Below, in pieces: positions 36,330 to 47,013 of a stretch of 64,000 bases of DNA. The notes beneath the pieces were generated by a model. The model was given only the letters and a program-made list of their open reading frames with translations. It was not told the DNA's origin and did not search any database. The DNA comes from Saccostrea cucullata (taxonomy: Eukaryota): NCBI RefSeq assembly GCF_032062105.1, contig NW_026925664.1, forward strand, positions 186,001 through 250,000. Reading direction: 5' to 3'. Numbering within the stretch: position 1 is the first letter of the stretch; each line of letters opens with the position of its first letter. The position numbers and the translations under genes were made by a program.

Positions 36330-37982
36330 ATCTAAGTTCTCCAGAAGCTAGATAACCTTATATCTTCTGATATTTGAATTAAACACATTAGCTACATGTT
36401 TTACAGGATCTTATTTTTGTCAAGTATCCTTTCCCTAGATGCATCTTCCATACAATTTTTTAGGGATAAAAGTTGTGTAGATTGTTTCCAAAATGTTGAT
36501 GTCTTGTAACTTATACTGAGTTTATTTTATTATACTGAGATAATTTATCAAACAGTTCTCAACTCTCGTTTTTCTAAAACAAAATATATCAAACGGACAA
36601 CATTTTAGAAATCGTGAATATATTGCCTCGTAAGGAACATCCTTCAACTTGTTTTATCCTGAAGCTAAAGATTATAACTGAACGTCAGTCGTCCCTAGCA
36701 CTTGAATTAAAATGTTATGTAATGTTAAAGAGTTCCCGCACATGTAAAGTGCTTGCAAAAACTGTTTCTCTTGAAGCTCTCACTTTTGTATCCTCCTTAC
36801 ACACGGGTTTAAGGCAAACGTCGAAATAATAAAATTATCTGGTCCCCTTGATCTTCTGGAAAAATTATCTGGTCCCCTTGATCTTCTGGAAGAAGATGAT
36901 TAGATTATTGACGATAAAGAGTTTGTGCCGAACAAGGTCCAGGTATTTTTGTCAATACCTACCTCCTCTTCATAGGCAAAATAAATTTATAAAGCAAGAA
37001 GTAGAGCAAACACAAATTACTTCTAATGTTAGAATAAATAATGAAAGGGATAAATAGAGGGTCAAACAATACCATCTCTTTGAGGTGTCTTCACGTTAAG
37101 TGAATCAGACCTGGACTGTTGCCAATATGCTGCAATATGTTGAAAGTTCCTTTAGTTAAATATTAGTGAAAATGAAGAAAAAATACATAGTCTATGAACA
37201 AACATCTTCCAAGCTGCTGCACTTATAATTGTGATGCTAGCTTGTAATAAAAGTCTTTGTATAAAGGCTTTTTATATTTCTATCTCATCAGATTTAGGTC
37301 AAAGAACAAAATACCCGAAAATCAACATACTCCGTTCAAAGTGCTTAGTGCAAAAGAAGGAAAATAAATCAATGAATAAAGTATAATAAATGAATAAAGT
37401 ATTCAGGTGTTGAAATGCAAAATTTGTCAAATTTGACGAACAGTTGAAAAAGCTATTAGTCTAGTCAATCTGTCAAAAACCCGAAACAAATTGCAACAGA
37501 ATTTTTTTTTATTTATTTATAATCAGGAAATTGTATTCTAATTAACATATAAAAACTCTAGAAAAATATATAAAGGCGAAAGATGTCTTTTTTAGAAATA
37601 AATATTTACTAATTTGAAAAAAATATGTTTTGCAGTAATGTGCTACCATATGTAACAAGGGAGACAATTTTAATCACTGTAAACAAACCTCTTTTCATTT
37701 TAAACAAGCATGATAAAATTAATAATTCCATTTGTAAACATTCCCGGATTTATATTTTACCTATTTATTGGAGATAAAAGATTTGAGAATTTTATATATA
37801 TATGTCTAAATGTAGAGTTAACTTCTCCTTTACTAGATGTTTGAAATATTAGTGGTAATAATCTATGAAGAGTCGTTCATGGTTTTGTTGCAAAAAAATG
37901 TTTTTTTTTATCTAAAAGTTACACTTTTATTATTTTACTTTGTTTAAAGATTTTTTTTATTTTAGAATATTGATTCTAATAG

Positions 37983-38739
37983 TACGGAAGCCCTGGAGGG
38001 ACATTGACTTACTTGTTATGACTTATTTACATTGACTTACTTGTTATGACTTATTTGTTATAACGTATTTGTTTTGAGATTTTTTGGGGGTTAGTTCTAA
38101 CTAGGTGTAGGTAATCTATTGAGAACGATTAATTGTTGCTTTGTTGTTAAACGTACAAAACTGATGTGATAACTAAATTTTTATCTGTCAATTACTTACG
38201 CCCTTGAAGGATAATGACTTGTTTCTTATGTGTTTTGACTTACTTCTTATGTGTTTTGACTTACTTCTTTTGACTTAATTTTGAATTCTAGTTATTTCAA
38301 ATTTGTAACGACAAGTTTACTTCAAAAAGTGGCGTGAAAGATGAGGGCAACATATAGTTTCGGGAAAAAAAATGAAAAAAAATGTCCTTGAATTTATTGC
38401 TGACGACAAGATAAAACAGAAGTCATGCTCTTGTCTTCAATCATTATGGAAGCTAGAAGTTACATATAAGATTAAGTAATAACTTTTAGGAAATAAGAAA
38501 TAAGTTAGGCCTATAACAACACAAATAATAATTACTTTGACAATTTCTCATTCAAAAACCACAGTTAAAATAGGACTAAACATTTTTTTATTGTAAATTA
38601 AGCCAAGCAACAGGTTTCAATAGCTTTCTTACACTTAGTTATCTCTATTACGAAAGATTCATAACAAATAAGTTAAAACCAAAAAGTTATAACAAATAAG
38701 TCATAACAAGTAAGTCAATGTCCCTCCAGGGCTTCCGTG
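37983..38739. mobile_element. Long-TIR MITE with TGACTTACTT subterminal repeats
   Basis: ~45-bp TIR ACGGAAGCCCTGGAGGGACATTGACTTACTTGTTATGACTTATTT at both ends. Confidence 0.88.
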
Positions 38740-38772
38740 TATTAGTGAGATCTACTTTACTAATAAAAATAC

Positions 38773-39129
38773 ATGTGCGAAAGCGTAACAGAAGATGGGA
38801 ACATCTTTACTTCATTAATCGCCGAAATACACACATATGCACATGCTAGGAACGTTTACAAAAATATTCTACGCAACCCGGACTATGCCTGTGCCAACCA
38901 TAATATCCTTGTATACCGATTCAAAGATGCCCAAGGGCGAGTGCATGACGGCTATTGCGACAATGGGGAATACGGGGCCGGACGTCGACTACTTAAGGTA
39001 CTGGTTGAGAGAGAAGTATCGAACGTAGCGATTGTCATTTCGAGGAAGAATGGTAAACATTTAGGTCCCCGTCGGTTTGACATTATGAAGGATCTGGTAA
39101 ACAAAGCCGTCAGCCACACTTGTTATTAA
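38773..39129 (+). CDS. IMPACT/YigZ-family (UPF0029) domain; presumed C-terminus of the retrotransposon ORF1
   Basis: ANHNILVYRF, DNGEYGAGRRLL, NVAIVISR, HLGPRRFDIM align by eye with IMPACT motifs ATHNIYAYRI, DDGETAAGGRLL, NVMVVVSR, LLGPDRFKHI. Confidence 0.85.
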   Translation: MCESVTEDGNIFTSLIAEIHTYAHARNVYKNILRNPDYACANHNILVYRFKDAQGRVHDGYCDNGEYGAGRRLLKVLVEREVSNVAIVISRKNGKHLGPRRFDIMKDLVNKAVSHTCY

Positions 39130-42100
39130 GAATTTTTATAGATGAACACTTACAATAAACAATGTCACTGTGTTACATGCAAAAGTAATTTTTGTTAAAA
39201 TTTCCAATTCATAAGTACAATTACATGTACGGTCTAATAGTATTTCTAAGTTTGAATATTTTTATACTTGGTTAGTTCTTTCCGGAAAAATATTAGTTAC
39301 AAAGACTGACTCATAAACTATTTAGCAATTAATATTTCCGATTGTACTTGTTTTGGGACTACTTATCAGAAGTTTTGTAAACATGGTAAATGCAGATTGA
39401 CAAATTTCCTTTCTACATCAGTAAATACGATCAATAGACTGATGCCAATTAGTTTCATTCACCTTGTTTGTAAATATGCACCCTTATCTCTCTTCCACGT
39501 TTCTATCCCCCTTTTCCTATCTTTCCTTTACATTGGGCATTCATTCGATTCTTTATTGATGTTTTTGTACGATTACGGTAAAAGATAATAATCTAAATAT
39601 ACTTACAGTTAACTGCCAGGGTCTTGGAGATAAAAATAAAAGAATAGACGTTTTTAATACTTTAAGAAAAAAGAACTATAATGTTTATTTTCTGCAAGAC
39701 ACACACTTCGTTAAAAGTGACGAAAAATTTATCCAAACACAGTGGGGCTATCGGGCATTTTTCAGTTCGTATAAGTCTAATTCGCGTGGTGTTGCTATTC
39801 TTTTTAATAATAATTGTGAAATAGATATCCACAAACATTTAAGCGATGAAAATGGAAATTACATAATAATGGACTGTACTATTGAGGGTATGAACTTTAT
39901 ACTTGTAAATATTTATGGGCCAAATTCTGATACACTAGTTTTTTATTCTAATTTGATGAATGAGATTGAAAAAATCTACATGTTGCAACAAATAATCATA
40001 GCAGGCGATTTTAACGTAGTTTTAGATAAGGAATTAGATTCCATGAACTATAAAAATTTGAACAATCCAAAAGCGAGACTGGAAGTTATAAATTTAATGG
40101 AAAATTTGAATCTAAAAGATATATTTCGGGAAAACTACGCTCAAGTTAGGCGCTATTCGTGGAGAAAAAAGACACCCTTAAAACAGGCTAGACTAGACTT
40201 TTTTCTTATATCTGAATCTTTGCTCCCTTCTGTTAGTAGTGTTCAATATGAAAACAGTTACAGATCCGACCATTCTCCAGTTGTGATGTCTTTGAAAATT
40301 AATGACTTTATTAAAGGTAAAGGATTTTGGAAATTTAACAATTCTCTTTTAACAGATAAGGCTTATATTGATTCAATTAAACAAAAAATCAATGACGTAA
40401 AAGTTCAGTATGCATGCCCAGTGTATGACTTAGATAATCTTTGTTCTGTCGATAATGCATTATTGATGTTCACTGTTAGTGACCAATGTTTCCTAGATAT
40501 TTTACTCATGGAAATTAGAGGAAAGACTATATCTTACTCAAGTTATAAGAAGAAAAAGATGCATGAAAGAGAATTAATTTTAGAAAATGAGATTTTACAT
40601 TTAGAAAAAAATCTGACAGAAAGTACATTAGATACCCTTAAAATGAAACAAACAGAACTTGAAGATATACATAAGACAAAGTTAAAGGGACAGGTTATTC
40701 GTTCTAGAATGAAATGGATTGATGAAGGTGAAAAACCGTCAAAATATTTTAGTCAACTTGAATCTAGAAATTATTTAAGTAAACTGATACCAAGATTAGA
40801 AAAAGAAAATGGATCTATTATTTCAGATCAATATGATATTTTAAATGAAACAAAACTTTTTTATGAAAATCTATATAAAAAAAGAGAAATTGTTGAAGAT
40901 GAAAACTACAGCAAAAAATTGTCAGAATATAATGATATCCCAAAGCTGTCTTTTGAAGAAGCTCTAAGTATAGAGGGTCCTATAACAAAATCAGAGGTTC
41001 TAAACTTTCTTAAACAGATGAAAAATGATAAAAGCCCAGGTCCAGATGGTTTCACATGTGAATTTTTTAAATTTTTTTGGAGGGATATTGGCACATTTAT
41101 TACAAGAGCAATCAATGACTCATACTCAAAACAAACTTTTTCCGAACCAAACAAATTAGGGGTAATAACATGTATTCCAAAAACTGGTAAGCCAAAACAA
41201 TTTTTAAAAAACTGGCGGCCTATTAGCCTCTTAAATGTTGTATATAAATTAGCCTCAGGGTGCATTGCGGAAAGAATTAAAAAATTCTTAGATAAGCTAA
41301 TACATGGGGACCAAACAGGATTTATTAAAGGTAGATTTATTGGCGAAAATATTAGATTAATATATGATATTATGCACCAAGCAGAGTCAAGAAATATACC
41401 TGGTCTCTTAATGTTTATCGACTTTGAAAAAGCATTTGATACCATTTCATGGAACTTCATAAATCAAACACTTTGTTTCTTCAATTTTGGTCAGTCAATT
41501 AGAAACTGGATAAAATGTTTCTATAATAATATAAAGTCCTGTGTTATTCAAAATGGGATAGTGTCTCAGTACTTTTACCCTGAAAGGGGTTGTAGACAAG
41601 GTGATCCTATTTCACCGTACCTTTTTTTACTTTGTGCAGAGATTCTAGGTATTTTAATTAGAAAAAATAAGGATATTAAAGGTATAACTATTGATGGTGA
41701 AGAATACAAGTTGTCACAATATGCAGATGATACATCTGTTATTTCTGATGGCTCTCCAAGCTCATTGGATGGAATTACAAGAGTGTTAGATTATTTTGCA
41801 TCAATCTCGGGTCTAAAAATAAATTTTTCTAAAACTAAATTAGTCTGGATTGGAAGTAAAAAATTCTCAAAAGATGTTTTTCATCACTCAAGATGGAAGT
41901 TTGATCCCAGTACTACATCCTTTGATTTACTAGGTGTTAAGTTTTCTGTTGATTTACATGAGATGGTAGATATTAATTACAAATTAAAAATTGAAGAAAT
42001 TAAAAAAACCATGTTACAATGGAAAGCTCGCAAACTTACTCCTCTTGGAAGACTGACTGTAATAAAAACATTATTAATTCCTAAACTAAATCATCTTGTC

Positions 42101-43637
42101 CTCACTTTACCAAACCCTAATGATGATGTCATGAGTGCTTTCGAAAAAGACTTGTATAATTTTTTATGGAATAATAAAAATCATAAAGTTAAGAAAAATG
42201 TAATTATTCAAAAGCATAAATTTGGGGGCTTGAAAATGATAGACTATCAAAATTTTGTTACTTCATTGAAATCTAGTTGGGTAAGGCGGGTTATGTATTC
42301 AAGTGCAAAATGGGTTAAATTACTTGAAGCAGAATTGGGAATAAGTATAAATCATCTTTGGCTGTTTGGAATTGACTTTATTAAGAATCTGAGTAGTACC
42401 ACGAAAAAAAAGTTTTGGAAAGATGTTTTCTCTAGCTGGTGTAAAGTAAATCAGGCTAAAGCTATAGCTGATTTAAGTCCTCTCCAAGAACACATATGGC
42501 ATAATCCAGGAGTTACCATTGGTGGCCAGTCAATTTTCATCAAAAGTTACTTTAATTTGGGCTTTGTTTTTATCAATGATTTCTTAGATTTAAATGGAAA
42601 CTTTTACAGTTTTGATTTTATTCATTATAACTTGAAGGTAAATACAAACTATGTTGAATATGCCGGACTAAGAACAGCAATTAGAAAGAGACTATCTTGT
42701 TTTAAGAATTATGAAATAAAGCCAATGCCTAGACCGATGCTTCCATCCAGCCTTGAAATTTTCTTAAAGAGTAAAAAAGGGTGTAACGATATGTATAATG
42801 TTCTTATCAAAAATAAAAAGGGCAATATAACTTCAGTTATAAAATGGAGTGAAAATGGGGAAGAATTTAGTGAAAAATACTGGGAAAAAATTTTTGAGCT
42901 ACCTTTCAAAACAACCCAAGAATCAAAACTTCAATGGTTACAATTCCAAATCTTACATAGAATAATTCCTACTAATTGCCATCTTTTTAAATTAAGACTT
43001 ATTGATTCACCATTATGCTCCTTCTGTGAGAAGGATATTGAAACTATTGATCACTTTTTTGTTGAATGTTCTGCTGTAAAAGAAATATGGTTAGAGATTG
43101 AAGAATGGATCTTGCAAAGAGTAAACAAGTCTGTTTGTTTTGATAGACAATCAATTTTATTTGGTAAATTTTTAAACAGAAACTCCTACAAGTTAGAAAA
43201 TCTACTTATTCTGATCATAAAACAATATATTTTTGCTAGTAAGTATGCCAAAACTATAAAATTAAACATTGAGACTTTGAAAAATGTTATTACTGAAAGA
43301 ATTAGAGTAGAAAAATTTCTTTTGTTAAAAAATTGTAAATATGATGAATTTGAAAGACACTGGCAGGAAATATTTGAAAAACTTTAAAATTTTCTTTCCG
43401 CTAGCTGTTCAATAAAGTGTGTGCCCTCTCATCTCTCTCTCTCTCGCTCACTTTCTTTCTTTCCCCCTCCCCCCCCTCTCTTTCCACATAAACTTTCACA
43501 CTAGCTTCTATTATTATTTTTTTTGTTTCTGTTTTTTGCTTTATTTGCATATGTATTTATGTATTCGTCTCTTTCATATTTGTGTAATTTGTGTGAAAGT
43601 TAAAATAAACTTCTCAAAAAAAAAAAAAAAAAAAAAA
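38777..43637 (+). mobile_element. Young 5'-truncated L1/Tx1-clade non-LTR retrotransposon
   Basis: TSD AAAAATACATGT at 38765-76 and 43633-44, AATAAA at 43604, poly-A 43616-37, uninterrupted ORF2. Confidence 0.95.
39575..43387 (+). CDS. L1/Tx1 ORF2: APE endonuclease + reverse transcriptase + C-terminal Cys/His knuckle
   Basis: Frame is open from 39560: TVNCQGL, LQDTH, GDFN, RLDFF, SDHSP; KSPGPDG, WRPISLLN, GCRQGDPISP, YADD; CSFC..ETIDHFFVEC. The expected start position holds ACG (39575), not ATG. Confidence 0.95.
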   Translation, partial: TVKDNNLNILTVNCQGLGDKNKRIDVFNTLRKKNYNVYFLQDTHFVKSDEKFIQTQWGYRAFFSSYKSNSRGVAILFNNNCEIDIHKHLSDENGNYIIMDCTIEGMNFILVNIYGPNSDTLVFYSNLMNEIEKIYMLQQIIIAGDFNVVLDKELDSMNYKNLNNPKARLEVINLMENLNLKDIFRENYAQVRRYSWRKKTPLKQARLDFFLISESLLPSVSSVQYENSYRSDHSPVVMSLKINDFIKGKGFWKFNNSLLTDKAYIDSIKQKINDVKVQYACPVYDLDNLCSVDNALLMFTVSDQCFLDILLMEIRGKTISYSSYKKKKMHERELILENEILHLEKNLTESTLDTLKMKQTELEDIHKTKLKGQVIRSRMKWIDEGEKPSKYFSQLESRNYLSKLIPRLEKENGSIISDQYDILNETKLFYENLYKKREIVEDENYSKKLSEYNDIPKLSFEEALSIEGPITKSEVLNFLKQMKNDKSPGPDGFTCEFFKFFWRDIGTFITRAINDSYSKQTFSEPNKLGVITCIPKTGKPKQFLKNWRPISLLNVVYKLASGCIAERIKKFLDKLIHGDQTGFIKGRFIGENIRLIYDIMHQAESRNIPGLLMFIDFEKAFDTISWNFINQTLCFFNFGQSIRNWIKCFYNNIKSCVIQNGIVSQYFYPERGCRQGDPISPYLFLLCAEILGILIRKNKDIKGITIDGEEYKLSQYADDTSVISDGSPSSLDGITRVLDYFASISGLKINFSKTKLVWIGSKKFSKDVFHHSRWKFDPSTTSFDLLGVKFSVDLHEMVDINYKLKIEEIKKTMLQWKARKLTPLGRLTVIKTLLIPKLNHLVLTLPNPNDDVMSAFEKDLYNFLWNNKNHKVKKNVIIQKHKFGGLKMIDYQNFVTSLKSSWVRRVMYSSAKWVKLLEAELGISINHLWLFGIDFIKNLSSTTKKKFWKDVFSSWCKVNQAKAIADLSPLQEHIWHNPGVTIGGQSIFIKSYFNLGFVFINDFLDLNGNFYSFDFIHYNLKVNTNYVEYAGLRTAIRKRLSCFKNYEIKPMPRPMLPSSLEIFLKSKKGCNDMYNVLIKNKKGNITSVIKWSENGEEFSEKYWEKIFELPFKTTQESKLQWLQFQILHRIIPTNCHLFKLRLIDSPLCSFCEKDIETIDHFFVECSAVKEIWLEIEEWILQRVNKSVCFDRQSILFGKFLNRNSYKLENLLILIIKQYIFASKYAKTIKLNIETLKNVITERIRVEKFLLLKNCKYDEFERHWQEIFEKL

Positions 43638-44109
43638 TACATGTAATATAGATTAGAACATCTGAAAAAACAATCTTTGGTTACCCTCTCCTGACCGACA
43701 TAAATGGCCCGTCTCAAAACTTTTTTTTTTTTTTTTGACATTCCAGGACATGAAAATTTTTTATGCCTGAATTGAACATATTTTATTGACAAAGTCAAAA
43801 TGATCGGACACAAATTCTGTAACTTAGATAGGCCTCTCCTAATATAACATTTTGTAAAATTGCCAAAGTAAAACAAACATATATACATATGGTCTACTAT
43901 ATACATTGTATACATTGTAGCAATAAACAGTAATAATTTCTTTAAATATACAAAAATAATCTGAGATGTTGAGAAAAAACTTATTTTGAAAAACGACCAC
44001 ATTCATTGAAGAAAGTTTGAATATTCTTAAAAAGTTCAGCATTTTCTTCGAAAGTTTAAGAATCATCGCCCCATAGCATTAAATGTACATCTATAATATG
44101 TAAATAATT

Positions 44110-44340
44110 TTCATACCAATTGTTAGTCCATTATTTATACACTGAATTGACCACGGATTTTTTCCGTTATATCCTGATTATGACAACGAGCACACGGCGG
44201 GTGTGACCGGTCGGCAGGGGATGCTCACTCCTCCATGGCACCTGATCCCACCTCTGATGCTTCGGAGGTCCGTGTTTGCTCTGCTCTTATTTTGTATATT
44301 TGTTTAATGGACTTTGAGATTGAATACTGTTCGTTATTTC
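44110..44340 (+). repeat. Interspersed repeat of unassigned family (GGCGGGTGTGACCGGTCGGCAGGGGATGCTCACTCCTCC core)
   Basis: GC-rich core; a degenerate second copy lies at ~16520-16690. Confidence 0.55.
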
Positions 44341-44558
44341 CATGTCCTTTTTTAATGACAGTAGCTTATTCATTAAGGAATTTCTTGCTTTTACATAATG
44401 TTTACAAAAAACAGATGATATGTATCTTCTAGTAGTCCACAAGAAAAATTAGGACTGGTAATTAGGTTACAGCGATATAAATCAGACTTTAAAATACAAT
44501 TTTGTCTTAATCTTGTATGAGTTATGTTCAAAAACCTTTTTCCATAAGAAAAATATTT

Positions 44559-46885
44559 CTGCAGCATTAGATACAATTGATTTTTTCTCAAAGTTTACAG
44601 GACTTAAAATTAACAGCTCAAAAACTAAAATTGTTTGGATAGGTTCAAAAAAATTCTCTAATCAAGTTTTCCATCATTCCCGTTGGAAACTTGAATGGGG
44701 TTGTACAACTTTCAATTTACTTGGAATTAATTTTTCAGTAGAACTAGATAAAATTATTGATTTAAACTACAATGTTCAAATACCAAAGATCAAAGCATTA
44801 ATTCAGCAATGAAAAAGAAGGGTTCTTACTCCTATTGGCAGAGTTACAGTTCTTAAAACATTAGTTTTACCAAAACTTAACCATCTTTTTATATCTTTGC
44901 CAAATCCAAGTAAAGAAACTCTATCACTATTGAACAGAGATGTCTTTGAGTTTATATGGAAATCAAAATGTGATAAAATTAAAAGGAAAGTTATTACTCA
45001 GGATTTTTTACAAGGAGGATTAAAAATGTTGGATATAAATAACTTTATTACATCTCTTAAATGCTCCTGGATTAAAAGATTAACAAAAAGTAATCAACCA
45101 TGGTTAGATATTTTTTTGGCAATTAATGGTAAAGACATATTGCATAAAGCTTTTGATTTTGGCGAAGAGTATGTGTCTTGCTTTATTGTAAAAAATAACA
45201 AAATTTTTTGGAAAGATGTGTTTAATTCATGGTTATATTTCATGAAAACACTCAACAACAATTCATATATGAAAACTAAGTTTCTGAACTTACCTGTGTG
45301 GTATAATCCCAATAAATAAATAGAAAACAAAATAATTTTTGTAAAGACTTGGTATGTAAATGGCGTTAAAAGTGTTTGTGATTTTTTAGACAATGAAGGA
45401 ATTTTTTTAAATGTAACTGATTTTGGAAATAGATTTCATTTGTCTAATATTTGCATCATGCAATATAACAGTATTATTTGTGCTATATCCAGGTTTTTAA
45501 AAACAATGTCTGTAGATAAATCATCTGTTAAGAGGGAATGTACCCCTGTTATTCCTTTTTATTTTGAAAATATTATTGTATATGAAAAGTGCACTAAAAT
45601 TATTTATAGATATTTGAATAGTAACAACATCATTCCTACATCAATATTTAGATGGAACCAGGAACTATCAATGCTTTTAGAATCTGATATTTCTGTTCAA
45701 GATGTTTTTAAGGTTTGTTTCAGAACAACTATGGATACTTCTGCTCAATGGTTACAGTATAGAATCCTACATAGAATCCTTCCAGTGAAATATTATTTGA
45801 AGAAAATAAGTATTTTATCTGATGATCATTTCTGAACTTACCTGTGTGGTATAATCCCAATAAATAAATAGAAAACAAAATAATTTTTGTAAAGACTTGG
45901 TATGTAAATGGCGTTAAAAGTGTTTGTGATTTTTTAGACAATGAAGGAATTTTTTTAAATGTAACTGATTTTGGAAATAGATTTCATTTGTCTAATATTT
46001 GCATCATGCAATATAACAGTATTATTTGTGCTATATCCAGGTTTTTAAAAACAATGTCTGTAGATAAATCATCTGTTAAGAGGGAATGTACCCCTGTTAT
46101 TCCTTTTTATTTTGAAAATATTATTGTATATGAAAAGTGCACTAAAATTATTTATAGATATTTGAATAGTAACAACATCATTCCTACATCAATATTTAGA
46201 TGGAACCAGGAACTATCAATGCTTTTAGAATCTGATATTTCTGTTCAAGATGTTTTTAAGGTTTGTTTCAGAACAACTATGGATACTTCTGCTCAATGGT
46301 TACAGTATAGAATCCTACATAGAATCCTCCCAGTGAAATATTATTTGAAGAAAATAAGTATTTTATCTGATGATCATTGTACCTTTTGTAAACAGGATAT
46401 AGAAACAATACAACATATATTTTTAAATTGTACAAAAATTTCTTCATTATGGAGTAATCTTAGCATGCACATATTTACAAAAACTTCTAAAAGAGTTGGA
46501 TTTAACATATGCAATATTATTTTAGGTGAAACGCCATTTTCTTATTATAATAGGGTGATAAATTTCATTATTTTATACATGTATACAAAGCAATATATCT
46601 TTTCTTGTTTAAAGCAGAATAAAATACCTATGATTACTGGACTGCTACATCATTTAACTCTTAAGTACAAAGTAGAAAAATGTATATCAATTAAAAATTT
46701 TACAATGAACAATTTTGATAATCTATGGTCACAATGGATAAATATTTTTGAGTTATAAACACTTATTTAAACACCAACTTTAAATATTTCTCGAATTTTA
46801 TATATTTTATATTTCATTCTTGTTTAAATTCAGAGGGGAAGTGTGAATGTGTGTGTGAATGTGACTAAAAAAATTATGTAACTTT
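44559..46885 (+). mobile_element. Second L1/Tx1 3' fragment (decayed) inserted in the CR1-group LINE
   Basis: GLKINSSKTKIVWIGSKKFS..FHHSRWK closely parallels the 39.6-kb ORF2; in-frame stops; zf-RVT C-terminus. Confidence 0.9.
45281..46376 (+). repeat. Near-identical 548-bp tandem duplication
   Basis: 45281-45828 repeats at 45829-46376; ORFs at 45440 and 45988 begin identically. Confidence 0.95.
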
Positions 46886-47013
46886 NNNNNNNNNNNNNNN
46901 NNNNNNNNNNNNNNNNNNNNNNNNNNNNNNNNNNNNNNNNNNNNNNNNNNNNNNNNNNNNNNNNNNNNNNNNNNNNNNNNNNNNNNNNNNNNNNNNNNNN
47001 NNNNNNNNNNNNN
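46886..47013. other. Assembly gap (128 N)
   Basis: Run of n. Confidence 1.

Noticed and set aside
38773-39129. Host IMPACT gene exon or bacterial yigZ contamination
   Set aside because: No RWD exon or splice signals nearby; it lies within the retrotransposon TSDs and its ATG is in the TSD.
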